Assembly (NCBI GenBank): GCA_964610125.1
Contig: CAZSUV010000001.1
Location: forward strand, 45,599-109,598
Source of the DNA: an uncultured Candidatus Saccharibacteria bacterium
GTDB lineage: Bacteria > Patescibacteriota > Dojkabacteria > SC72
Reading direction: 5' to 3'
Length of the DNA: 64,000 nt
A program made the translations under genes and the position numbers. Positions 39,238 to 48,427 of this stretch are shown piece after piece. The number at the start of each line of letters is the position of its first letter. The stretch's first letter is position 1. The notes under the pieces are model-generated. The model was not told where the DNA came from and did not search any database. It saw only the letters and a list, made by a program, of their open reading frames with translations.

Positions 39238-39759
39238 ATGACAGATACAGGAGAACAAAATATCATTTCTGATGTAGAGTCTGTGGATTTAACAACCTCT
39301 AGTAGCGAACCAACGGACAATATCTCCAAAATTCTGAAGTACAAGGAACAAGGATATGTCTTTCATGGATCTTCACACTCAGATATTGCTATTTTAGAAC
39401 CTAGACGAGGAAATGACGTCTCGGGGGATACTTTCAACACCGATACTGCTATTTACGCATCACCTAATCCTCAGGTTTGTATTATGGGTGTAGTTAAACA
39501 AAAAGAGGTTAATGGGACTTGGAAAGCTGGTTGTTATGAAAAAGATCTTTTAGTTGCTGAGATACCTAAATCCTGGAGACAGGTAGTAGAAAAAGGGATT
39601 GGAACTCTTTATGTTTTACCTCCAGAATCTTTTTCTACAGATAAACCAGACAATTGGCAAGTAAAGAGTAATACAAGTGTAAAACCAATAGACAAAATAC
39701 CTGTTACATTTAATGATTTTATAGCATTGGGCGGGGAAGTAATTTGGACTGAAGAATAG
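39238..39759 (+). CDS. Hypothetical protein with ADP-ribosyltransferase-like FHGS...IYAS motifs
   Basis: YVFHGS...LEPR...AIYAS...GTLYVL, with an acidic N-terminal extension. Confidence 0.65.
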   Translation: MTDTGEQNIISDVESVDLTTSSSEPTDNISKILKYKEQGYVFHGSSHSDIAILEPRRGNDVSGDTFNTDTAIYASPNPQVCIMGVVKQKEVNGTWKAGCYEKDLLVAEIPKSWRQVVEKGIGTLYVLPPESFSTDKPDNWQVKSNTSVKPIDKIPVTFNDFIALGGEVIWTEE

Positions 39760-39775
39760 AAAAAGGACTTATGAA

Positions 39776-40231
39776 TTAACTAGCATTCTTACTCATCCAT
39801 TCGTTATACGTTGTAAGTGCCTCTTGCTCTAATTCTGGTATTTGTATAATTTCAATCTCTTCATTGAACTCTTTGATGATTTGTTCATGTCTGAGAGGAC
39901 TTTCATAACAAAGTTTTGTATCAACTTCCTCTTTTTTAACTACATATACTATTCTTCTAATACCAGCCCAATATGCTCTTGAAATACACATTAAACAAGG
40001 TTGCATAGAGCAATATAGAGTACAGTCAGTAAGCTGGGAATCAAGCTTATTTATAGCTTCATCAATTGTTTTTGATTCAGCATGGAAGTTTATCTTCGGA
40101 TATTTTGCAGAAGTATTTTGCGCAATAACTTCATCATTTTTTACAATTACAGCTCCTGCGGGAAAAGCGCCTTCGTCAAAAGATTTTTTTGCCATTTCAA
40201 TTGCTAATTGAGCATACTTGTAATCATTCAT
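39776..40231 (-). CDS. Cytidine/dCMP deaminase-fold nucleoside deaminase (TadA/GuaD-like)
   Basis: PAGAVIV, HAE and PCLMC. Confidence 0.88.
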   Translation of the reverse strand: MNDYKYAQLAIEMAKKSFDEGAFPAGAVIVKNDEVIAQNTSAKYPKINFHAESKTIDEAINKLDSQLTDCTLYCSMQPCLMCISRAYWAGIRRIVYVVKKEEVDTKLCYESPLRHEQIIKEFNEEIEIIQIPELEQEALTTYNEWMSKNAS

Positions 40232-40300
40232 GATCTAATTATATCACGATATAATTATGATATAATCTCCACATATAGATTATTTAATCAAACCATATTC

Positions 40301-41656
40301 ATGGAATTACTAACAAGAACCCATATAGGGGAATTAGCACAACACATAGGACAAATCATTAGAATAAGAGGAAGAGTAGATACCATAAGAGATCAAGGCA
40401 AAATCATATTCATAATGGTAAGAGACAGATCAGGAATAGTACAAACAGTAGCATGGTTTGGAGATGAAGAAGTATTCAAAACCGCAAAAACCCTAACCGC
40501 AGAATCAGTAATAGACATAACAGGAGAAGTAAAAGAAGCAAAACAAGTAGCATGCGGATATGAAATAGGGATAAAAACATTAAACATAGACTCATTAGCA
40601 CAAACCCCATTACCAATAGCAATAGAAGCAGAACATACAGACAATGTAACTGCATTAGACAAAAGACTAGACTCAAGATGGGTAGACCTTAGAAGTAAGA
40701 AGAACCAGCTTATGATGGACGTAGCTACCACAATGGGAGCATCATTCAGACAATATTGTGTAGATAACGGATGTGTAGAAATCAATGCACCAAGAATAAT
40801 CAGTGCCGCAAGTGAATCAGGAGCAAACGTATTCGAAGTAAAATACTTCGACAGAAAAGCATACCTAGCTCAGTCACCACAGTTCCACAAACAAATGGGA
40901 ATAGCTTCAGACCTGGAAAGAGTCTTTAACATGGGACCAGTATTTAGAGCAGAAAAATCATTCACAACCAGACACTTAACCGAATACACCAGCTTCGATG
41001 TAGAACTAGGATATATCGATTCATTCAAAGATGTATGTAAATATGAGCAAGAAATGATCAAGTACATGCTTGCAAATGTAAAAGCAAAGTATGGAGACAA
41101 AGTAAAAGAAGTATTTGGAATCGATATTAAGGTACCAGAAGGAGACTTTCCATATCTTTCAGTAGCAGAAGCTAAAGAAAAATTAGCAAAAGCAGGAGTA
41201 GAAAGTAAAGATACAGGAGACTTCTCACCAGAAGAAGAAAGAGCAATGGGAGAGATAATGGAGAAGGAAACCGGATGTGAATTTGTCTTTGTTGTAGATT
41301 ACCCACACGCAAGAAGAGCCTTCTACCATATGAAGAATGCAGAGAATCCAAAACTAGCATTAGGCTATGACCTATTCTGGAAGGGTATCGAAATTACAAC
41401 AGGAGCACAAAGAGAACATAGATTAGAAGAATTAAAAAAGAATGCAACAGAAAGAGGTATGGCATTAGATGGACAGCTCAAAGATTACCTTGAATATTTT
41501 GAATATGGATGTCCTCCACATGGTGGCTTTGCAATTGGAACAGAAAGAGTCCTAATGAAGATGTTAGGCTTTGGAAGTATCCTAGAAACCACATATCTAC
41601 CTAACACTCCAAACAGACTAGGAAAGCTACTCTCTAAAATCTCTAAAAGCAAATAA
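40301..41656 (+). CDS. aspS: Aspartate--tRNA ligase, short archaeal/non-discriminating type
   Basis: OB fold, RWVDLR, YLAQSPQFHKQ, FRAEKS, GAQREH and PPHGGFAIG. No bacterial GAD insert. Confidence 0.9.
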   Translation: MELLTRTHIGELAQHIGQIIRIRGRVDTIRDQGKIIFIMVRDRSGIVQTVAWFGDEEVFKTAKTLTAESVIDITGEVKEAKQVACGYEIGIKTLNIDSLAQTPLPIAIEAEHTDNVTALDKRLDSRWVDLRSKKNQLMMDVATTMGASFRQYCVDNGCVEINAPRIISAASESGANVFEVKYFDRKAYLAQSPQFHKQMGIASDLERVFNMGPVFRAEKSFTTRHLTEYTSFDVELGYIDSFKDVCKYEQEMIKYMLANVKAKYGDKVKEVFGIDIKVPEGDFPYLSVAEAKEKLAKAGVESKDTGDFSPEEERAMGEIMEKETGCEFVFVVDYPHARRAFYHMKNAENPKLALGYDLFWKGIEITTGAQREHRLEELKKNATERGMALDGQLKDYLEYFEYGCPPHGGFAIGTERVLMKMLGFGSILETTYLPNTPNRLGKLLSKISKSK

Positions 41657-41678
41657 ATTAAGTCTTTGGGAAATAGTT

Positions 41679-42113
41679 ATGAAATCATACAGAGCTGGTG
41701 GAATAGTTGTTAATACTGAAGGGAAAATTGCATTAGCAAATGAACATCTGTGGGGATTCCCAAGGGGAGGTGTTGATGAGGAAGAAGATTATATAACCGC
41801 AGCAAAGAGGGAGGTTTTAGAAGAAACTGGACTAGAAGAATTTACATCTGTTGATGAATTAGGCGTTTATGAAAGATATCCATCAGGTATTACAAAAGAT
41901 ACTCCTGGAGCATATCCTATGGAAATTCATATGTTTTTGTTTCAAACTGATTTTACGGGAGACCTTCATCCTGTAGATAAAAATGTCAAAGAGGCAGGAT
42001 GGTTCACATACGAAGATGCTGTAGAAAAATTGACTGATGAGACAGACAAAGAATTCTTAACGAATAACTGGGAAAGAATTCAGGAGATAAATAGCGAGAT
42101 TAAGAATGTATAA
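41679..42113 (+). CDS. NUDIX hydrolase
   Basis: Nudix box GGVDEEEDYITAAKREVLEETG. Confidence 0.92.
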   Translation: MKSYRAGGIVVNTEGKIALANEHLWGFPRGGVDEEEDYITAAKREVLEETGLEEFTSVDELGVYERYPSGITKDTPGAYPMEIHMFLFQTDFTGDLHPVDKNVKEAGWFTYEDAVEKLTDETDKEFLTNNWERIQEINSEIKNV

Positions 42114-42142
42114 ACGGATAGACCTAGAACTGCTCTATGCTT

Positions 42143-42153
42143 TGTGATATACT
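42143..42153 (+). promoter_or_regulatory. Extended -10 promoter of nusA-infB
   Basis: TGTGATATACT, about 100 bp upstream of nusA. Confidence 0.6.
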
Positions 42154-42177
42154 ACTAATTGAAAGTAATACAAAGAG

Positions 42178-42211
42178 GAGGGTGGGGATGAAAATTCTCA
42201 CCTTTTTTTTT
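42178..42211 (+). terminator. Intrinsic terminator/attenuator in the nusA leader
   Basis: GGTGGGGAT-GAAA-ATTCTCACC hairpin (two G-U pairs) followed by T9. Confidence 0.75.
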
Positions 42212-42253
42212 GAAAGAACTATTTTAAATATAATTTTTTATAATAATTAAACC

Positions 42254-43465
42254 ATGGCAATGACATCAGAATTCATTTCTGCAATCAATCAAATAGCATC
42301 AGAAAGAGGCATTGAAAAAGAAGAAATCTTTACAGCCTTAGAATCAGCAATATTGGTAGCATACAAAAAAGAAAAATTCATGGATCTAAACCTCTCTCAA
42401 GAAGAGGAAGAATCTATGGGAAGTAACTTAACTGTCGAATTAGATAGAGAGACTGGTGAGTTCAAACTCATAGCTACAAAAGAAGTTGTAAAGAAAGTAA
42501 CTGACGACAATACTCAAATATCAGTAGCAGAAGCAGAAATGATCTCTCCAAATGTTGAAGTTGGAGACTCAATTCAATTAGAAATGCCTGTTGAAGATTT
42601 TGGAAGAATTGCTGCACAGACTGCAAAGCAGGTCATCTTACAAAAGATGAGAGAATCAGAGAAGGAAGCAGTATTAAGTGAATTTAGCGACAAGGTAGGA
42701 GAAGTATTCAGTGCTTTGATGCAGAGAATGCAAAAAGGACAGGTAATCTTCGAAATTGGAAAAGCTACAGCAGTAATGCCTCAGGAAGAACAGATTTCTA
42801 ATGAATTCTACAGATTAGGTGAAAGATACAAAGTATTGTTGAAATCTATTGATGATTCCGAGGTTATAGTTTCTAGAGCAGATCCGAAATTCTTAATTGA
42901 GCTTTTCAAATTAGAAGTTCCTGAAATTGAATCAGGTGTTGTTGAAATAAAGGCAGTTGCAAGAGAAGCAGGTTCTAGAAGTAAGATTGCAGTAGTATCT
43001 CATCAGGATGGTGTAGATCCAATTGGATCATGCGTAGGTCAGAGAGGTATTCGTATTGCAAACGTTATGAACGAGATTGGTGAAGAGAAGATTGATATCA
43101 TTGAATGGAATGAAGAACCAAGAAAGTTTGTTGCTAATGCATTAAGCCCAGCAAAGATAGAGGGCGTAAATATTAGTGAAGATACAGCTACTGTAACTGT
43201 TGATGAAGATCAACTATCATTGGCTATTGGTAGAGAAGGACAGAATGTAAGATTGGCATGGAAGTTAACTGGATTTAAGATTGATATTGTTGGAAATGGT
43301 GTTAAGAAGGAAGAGCCAAAAGCTGAGGAAGTAGTAGAGGAAACAAAGGAAGAAGTTGTTACTGAAGAAGTACCAGCTACAGAAGAAGTAGTTGTTGAAG
43401 ATGTAAAACCAGAAGAAGTAGTAGAAGAGACACCAGTTGTTGAAGAAGCAGCTAAGGAAGAATAA
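42254..43465 (+). CDS. nusA: Transcription termination/antitermination factor NusA
   Basis: FGRIAAQTAKQVI, AREAGSRSKIAV and SLAIGREGQNVRLA, with an acidic tail. Confidence 0.97.
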   Translation: MAMTSEFISAINQIASERGIEKEEIFTALESAILVAYKKEKFMDLNLSQEEEESMGSNLTVELDRETGEFKLIATKEVVKKVTDDNTQISVAEAEMISPNVEVGDSIQLEMPVEDFGRIAAQTAKQVILQKMRESEKEAVLSEFSDKVGEVFSALMQRMQKGQVIFEIGKATAVMPQEEQISNEFYRLGERYKVLLKSIDDSEVIVSRADPKFLIELFKLEVPEIESGVVEIKAVAREAGSRSKIAVVSHQDGVDPIGSCVGQRGIRIANVMNEIGEEKIDIIEWNEEPRKFVANALSPAKIEGVNISEDTATVTVDEDQLSLAIGREGQNVRLAWKLTGFKIDIVGNGVKKEEPKAEEVVEETKEEVVTEEVPATEEVVVEDVKPEEVVEETPVVEEAAKEE

Positions 43466-43484
43466 TAACTTAAAGGATTAAATA

Positions 43485-45026
43485 ATGTCTAAGAAAAGTC
43501 AGAATACAAATCAAGAAATTGCAAGAGTACCAATAGTGACTATCTTAGGTCATGTTGATCATGGTAAGACAACAATATTGGATAATATTCGAAAGAGTAA
43601 TGTCCAAGGATGTGAGGTAGGTGGTATTACTCAGAAAGTATCTGTCTTCACAGTATGTGTTAAGGGTGAGAACAGAATTACATTCATAGATACACCAGGC
43701 CACGAAGCTTTTGATCTAATGAGATCTAGAGGTGGAAGCATTGCAGATATTGTTTTACTAATCGTTGCAGCTGATGATGGTGTACAACCACAGACAAAAG
43801 AATCCATAGAGATTATTAATAGATCTACAGCTAAGCCAATCGTAGTTATTAACAAATGTGATTTGCCAGATGTAGATATTCCTAAGATAAAGAGAGAGTT
43901 GGTAAGTAATGGAATGCAGGTTGAAGGACTTGGAGGTTCTGTTCCAGTTATTGAGGTATCTGGAAAAACAGGCAAAGGTATTCCTGAACTCTTGGATTTA
44001 ATATTACTCGTTGCAGAGGTCGAAGGGTTACAAGAAAGAGATGAATTACCAAAGGGAGTTATGGGAAAAGCCTTTGTACTTGAATCAATTAAGGACCAAT
44101 CAAAAGGAAATGTCTCTTCAATTGCCCTAATTAATGGACAGATATGCGAAGGAGATTTCTTTGGATACAGAATAGGGAAGGAATCTTTCATTGAAAAGGT
44201 AAAGGGAGTAATAGCTGAGGACAATGCAGACCTATGTCTTTTGGGTGGTGGATGTGGTGGAAAAATTTTAGGTATATCGAATTCATTAGAATTAGGAACT
44301 GAGATATTTGTATTAGAAAAGAATGATGAGAAATTCCTTAAATCTTTGTACAAAGAAGTATCAACAGAATCAATTACAGAGGAAGAGGCATTAGATGATT
44401 TCTTCGGAGATCAACAGGTAAGTAATGATAAATTCTTTAATGTAATCGTTAAGAGTTCTTCTGAAGGATCATTGGAAGCATTGAAGAAATCTCTCAGCAA
44501 GATTGAAGAGGATGGATATTCCGCCAAGATTATAAAGAGTGGAGTAGGAAATATTACGCTTCAAGATGTCGAAATGGGAAGTCTTTCAAAGGCTATCGTC
44601 TTAGGATTTGAAGTAGGTATGGAAAATGGTGTTAATGAGTATGCTAAGAATAACAAAGTTTTGGTAAGAACATATGACATAATCTACAAACTTCTCGAAG
44701 AGGTTAATGATGTTGTCTCTCTTATGTCTTTACCAAAGGATGTTGAAGAAGAAATTGGAAAAGCAATTGTTAAAACAATCTTTGTACTTTCAAATGGTAC
44801 TAAAGTATTTGGTAGTAAAGTGGAAAGTGGAATAATGAAAAGAGATTGTAGATGCGATGTGGTTAGAAAAGATGAAATACTTGGAAGCGCAAAGATTAAG
44901 TCTCTAAGAATTAATAAAGATACTGTTACAGAAGCAAAATCGGGGTATGAATGTGGTATACAATTCGATACAGATATTGATATTAAAGAGGGAGACGAAA
45001 TTTATTGCTTCAAAGTAGTTAAGTAA
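43485..45026 (+). CDS. infB: Translation initiation factor IF-2, short form without N-domain
   Basis: GHVDHGKTT, DTPGHEAF, NKCD, DIIYKL and GYECGI. Confidence 0.93.
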   Translation: MSKKSQNTNQEIARVPIVTILGHVDHGKTTILDNIRKSNVQGCEVGGITQKVSVFTVCVKGENRITFIDTPGHEAFDLMRSRGGSIADIVLLIVAADDGVQPQTKESIEIINRSTAKPIVVINKCDLPDVDIPKIKRELVSNGMQVEGLGGSVPVIEVSGKTGKGIPELLDLILLVAEVEGLQERDELPKGVMGKAFVLESIKDQSKGNVSSIALINGQICEGDFFGYRIGKESFIEKVKGVIAEDNADLCLLGGGCGGKILGISNSLELGTEIFVLEKNDEKFLKSLYKEVSTESITEEEALDDFFGDQQVSNDKFFNVIVKSSSEGSLEALKKSLSKIEEDGYSAKIIKSGVGNITLQDVEMGSLSKAIVLGFEVGMENGVNEYAKNNKVLVRTYDIIYKLLEEVNDVVSLMSLPKDVEEEIGKAIVKTIFVLSNGTKVFGSKVESGIMKRDCRCDVVRKDEILGSAKIKSLRINKDTVTEAKSGYECGIQFDTDIDIKEGDEIYCFKVVK

Positions 45027-45152
45027 TCCCTAAGAAAATTCCAACTTTTATTAGATATCTAGACCTATAGCCGTTGTAGGGGTATAATGATCTTAGGAAT
45101 TAGCTTTTAAAGCTTATTTTTGATCGTTAAAAAACTAGTGAATGGAGACTAT

Positions 45153-45710
45153 ATGAAAAGAATTACTCTTGTAATTGTGTTGGCAGTTATTTTTTTAGTA
45201 ATAATAGCTCAACCTGCAATCGCAGGTGACGGTTGCCCTGGAACGGATGAAGGTTGGATTGAAGTTACTGTTCCAGAACAAGCCCGGGATATCTGGGATC
45301 ATTGGAATCTTACTGAACCCGTAAGCGAAGTATGCGTAGGGGGAGTAATATTCACAGAGGAGAAACCATCTGGCCCATGTATCAGGGTCAGCGGTTTGGG
45401 AACAAACAACGTGTTTATTGATCGATACTGTCCGGGGTTTAACAGATTTTCCTATTTATTGGAAATCCCCCCGACAGCGACATCTACTCCAACCGCAACT
45501 GTGACACCAACTCTAACTGTAACTCCTACTATACCTCCAACAGCAACATCCACACCGATTCCATCAACATCTACCGCAACCGCGACAATGAATTTGGTAG
45601 CAGTTAATATGATTCTAAACAAGGCATGGAGAGTGTTAATAGCGCTATCCATAGTAGCCCTTGTTGGAGTTATCATCTGGATTGTCGCAAGGAACAAGAA
45701 AAGAAAGTAA
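45153..45710 (+). CDS. Secreted/membrane protein with Pro-Thr repeat linker and C-terminal TM anchor
   Basis: GGAG Shine-Dalgarno before ATG 45153, signal peptide ending AIA, a 4-Cys domain, PTATxTP repeats, TM helix and RNKKRK. Confidence 0.75.
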   Translation: MKRITLVIVLAVIFLVIIAQPAIAGDGCPGTDEGWIEVTVPEQARDIWDHWNLTEPVSEVCVGGVIFTEEKPSGPCIRVSGLGTNNVFIDRYCPGFNRFSYLLEIPPTATSTPTATVTPTLTVTPTIPPTATSTPIPSTSTATATMNLVAVNMILNKAWRVLIALSIVALVGVIIWIVARNKKRK

Positions 45711-45724
45711 AACACTAGTTTTAA

Positions 45725-45760
45725 AAGAAGGCCTTACGCCTAAAAATGTTAGGCCTTCTT
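45725..45760 (+). terminator. Hairpin downstream of the PT-repeat gene
   Basis: AAGAAGGCCT...AGGCCTTCTT, a 10-bp perfect inverted repeat. Confidence 0.6.
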
Positions 45761-45843
45761 GTACCATTCAAGTTATGATTAAGCTTGAATTTGAAAAACA
45801 AGGATCAAATACTCTCCAAAATGTATAAAAGACGCGTAGTTAC

Positions 45844-45872
45844 TTGACAGATGACCTATAAAATTATACAAT
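45844..45872 (+). promoter_or_regulatory. sigma70 promoter of rpsO
   Basis: TTGACA-N17-TACAAT. Confidence 0.75.
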
Positions 45873-45938
45873 AATCTCTGTCCTATTTTGGGCTTTGGCT
45901 TGTAATTAAGAATACATAATGATAATCTTAAACTAGAT

Positions 45939-46202
45939 ATGTCACTAACTATAGAAGAAAAACAAAATACAGTAAGTAAGTACGCCATTCACGAAGGTGA
46001 TACTGGTTCTCCAGAAGTACAAATTGCATTGTTAACTCTCCAAATAGAGAAATTAAGCGAACATCTAAAAGATCATAAGAAGGATAATCACTCCAGAAGA
46101 GGATTGCTCCAAATGGTAGGAAAAAGAAGAAGATTGATACAGTACCTCAAAGATAGCGAATTAGCGAGATATACCGAATTGTCAAAGAAGTTAAAGGTGT
46201 AA
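45939..46202 (+). CDS. rpsO: 30S ribosomal protein S15
   Basis: [13 protein letters not shown] and [19 protein letters not shown]. Confidence 0.98.
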   Translation: MSLTIEEKQNTVSKYAIHEGDTGSPEVQIALLTLQIEKLSEHLKDHKKDNHSRRGLLQMVGKRRRLIQYLKDSELARYTELSKKLKV

Positions 46203-46306
46203 GAGCCTTTTTTCCTCTTTCTTTGTAAAAACTTTCCAAAACATATAATATTGATGACTGTATTATGTTGTCGATATATTTAAATTATATTTTTTAATTA
46301 ATTAAA

Positions 46307-48427
46307 ATGGTTTTAAACGAAATAAAACACGAATTTGAGATAGAGGGAAAGAAATGTACCTTTGAAACAGGGAAACTTGCTCTAAGATCAGAATCAGCCA
46401 TATTGGCAAGAATGGGTGACACAGTAATAACAGTAAATGTTAACACTGCAACACCAAGACAGGAATCAGATTTTTTTCCACTTTCAGTTGAATACATAGA
46501 AAAATTCTATGCATCTGGAAAGATCAATGGATCTAGATTTGTTAAGAGAGAAAGATTCCCAAGTGATGATGCTGTTCTCAAAGCAAGAATGATAGATAGA
46601 GCAGTAAGACCTAGATTCCCTAAAGACTACAGAAATGATTTGAACTTGATCGTGACAGTAATGTCATACGATGGTTCATGTGATCCTGTACTTTTGGCAA
46701 TCAATGCTGCATCTGTAGCATTAGTGTATTCCTCAGCTCCTTTCTCAGGCCCTATTGCAGGTGTCAGAATGGGAATGGTTGAAGGTAAGGCTGCAAACAT
46801 AACCAAGTCTATGGATTTAACAACCCCAGAAGAAAAGATGAACTATGTAGTAGCAGGTGATGGCGAAACATTCACAATGATTGATGCAGGATGCTATGAA
46901 TCTACAAACGAAGAAATTCTCTCCGCAATGAAAGAATCTTTGAACTTGATGCAACCATGGATCGCTGCACAGAATGATTTCCTCAAAAAATTGGAAGTAA
47001 AGGACAAAACATATACTTCATATGCAACTCCAGAAGAAGCAATTGATGGCGTAAAAGAATTCTTAACAGAAGCAAGAATCAAAGAAAATCTTCAAAAGGG
47101 AAATGAAAAGGTCCATGAAGCTACCAAAGAAGAAGTATTCACACAATTTGATGGTAAATTTTCTAAATCTGTTTTAGCTGAAGCATATGACTACTTACAG
47201 AAAAAAGCTGCAAGAAAGATTGTGCTTGAAGAAGGTAAAAGAGTAGATGGTAGAGCTATGGATGAAATCCGAGAGCTTTACACAGAAGCTGATCTCTTAC
47301 CAAGAGTTCATGGATCTGCACTCTTCACAAGAGGAGTAACTCAGACATTAACAATTGCTACATTAGGTAGTATGAGAGATGTCAGATTGGTAGATGATAT
47401 GGAAGGTGAAAGAGAGCAAAGATACATGCATTTCTACAATGATTTACCATTTGCATATGGAATATGTGACAGAATTAAGTTCTCTCCAAGTAGAAGAGCA
47501 ATTGGTCACGGAATGTTAGCTGAAAAAGCTATTGTTCCTGTATTACCTACAGAAAAAGAATTCCCATACACAATGTTGGTAATGAGTGAAATCCAAGGTG
47601 AAAATGGATCAAGCTCAATGGCTTCAGTATGCGGATCTAGTATGTCATTAATGGCAGCAGGTGTTCCCCTAAGAAAACCAGTTGCAGGTATAGCATGTGG
47701 ATTAGTTGTAGCTGATGACGGTAGTTTTAAAGTATTGACTGATATGCAGGGCGTTGAAGATTTCTATGGTGACATGGACTTCAAGATCGCTGGTACAGCT
47801 GATGGTGTAACTGCAGTACAGATGGATACTAAGACTCAAGGACTCTCTATGGAAATTGTTGAACAAACATTCAAACAATCTACAGAAGCAAGAGCAAAGA
47901 TTCTTGAAGCAATGAGTAAAACAATTGCAGAACCAAGAAAGACAATGTCTGAATATGCACCAAGAGTAGCTCAAGAGAAAGTAGCTACAGACAAGATTGG
48001 TGAGATAATCGGGCCAGGAGGAAAGAACATTAGAGAACTTTCTGAAAGAACCGGTGCAGAGATTGAAATTGAAGAAGATGGAACAGTTAATATCTATTCC
48101 ACATCTCAAGAATCTCTTGATGAAGCTGTTAAGGCAATCAGAAGATATGATTTCAAACCTGTTATTGGAGAGATTTACGAAGGTAAAGCTGCATCAATAA
48201 TGCCATATGGAGCATTTGTAGATTTAGCACCAGGTATTTCAGGTCTAGTACATGTATCTGAACTATCAGATGACTTTGTTAAGGATGTTCATGACTTCAT
48301 TAATGAAGGTGACATCGTTAAAGTCAAAGTCGTTGGTATAGATAACATGGGTAAGATCAAATTGAGTATGAAAGGTTTGGACAAGAACGAAGAAAGGAAA
48401 GCTGAAAAGATAGAAGAAGAACTTTAG
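46307..48427 (+). CDS. pnp: Polyribonucleotide nucleotidyltransferase
   Basis: FFPLSVEY, RVDGR, HGSALFTRG, NGSSSMASVC and DMDFKIAG, plus KH and S1 domains. Confidence 0.97.
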   Translation: MVLNEIKHEFEIEGKKCTFETGKLALRSESAILARMGDTVITVNVNTATPRQESDFFPLSVEYIEKFYASGKINGSRFVKRERFPSDDAVLKARMIDRAVRPRFPKDYRNDLNLIVTVMSYDGSCDPVLLAINAASVALVYSSAPFSGPIAGVRMGMVEGKAANITKSMDLTTPEEKMNYVVAGDGETFTMIDAGCYESTNEEILSAMKESLNLMQPWIAAQNDFLKKLEVKDKTYTSYATPEEAIDGVKEFLTEARIKENLQKGNEKVHEATKEEVFTQFDGKFSKSVLAEAYDYLQKKAARKIVLEEGKRVDGRAMDEIRELYTEADLLPRVHGSALFTRGVTQTLTIATLGSMRDVRLVDDMEGEREQRYMHFYNDLPFAYGICDRIKFSPSRRAIGHGMLAEKAIVPVLPTEKEFPYTMLVMSEIQGENGSSSMASVCGSSMSLMAAGVPLRKPVAGIACGLVVADDGSFKVLTDMQGVEDFYGDMDFKIAGTADGVTAVQMDTKTQGLSMEIVEQTFKQSTEARAKILEAMSKTIAEPRKTMSEYAPRVAQEKVATDKIGEIIGPGGKNIRELSERTGAEIEIEEDGTVNIYSTSQESLDEAVKAIRRYDFKPVIGEIYEGKAASIMPYGAFVDLAPGISGLVHVSELSDDFVKDVHDFINEGDIVKVKVVGIDNMGKIKLSMKGLDKNEERKAEKIEEEL

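Noticed and set aside
38142-41360. Long antisense ORFs within dnaJ and aspS
   Set aside because: They are low-complexity T/L/I/S or L/F/V translations, best explained as by-products of the extreme codon skew.
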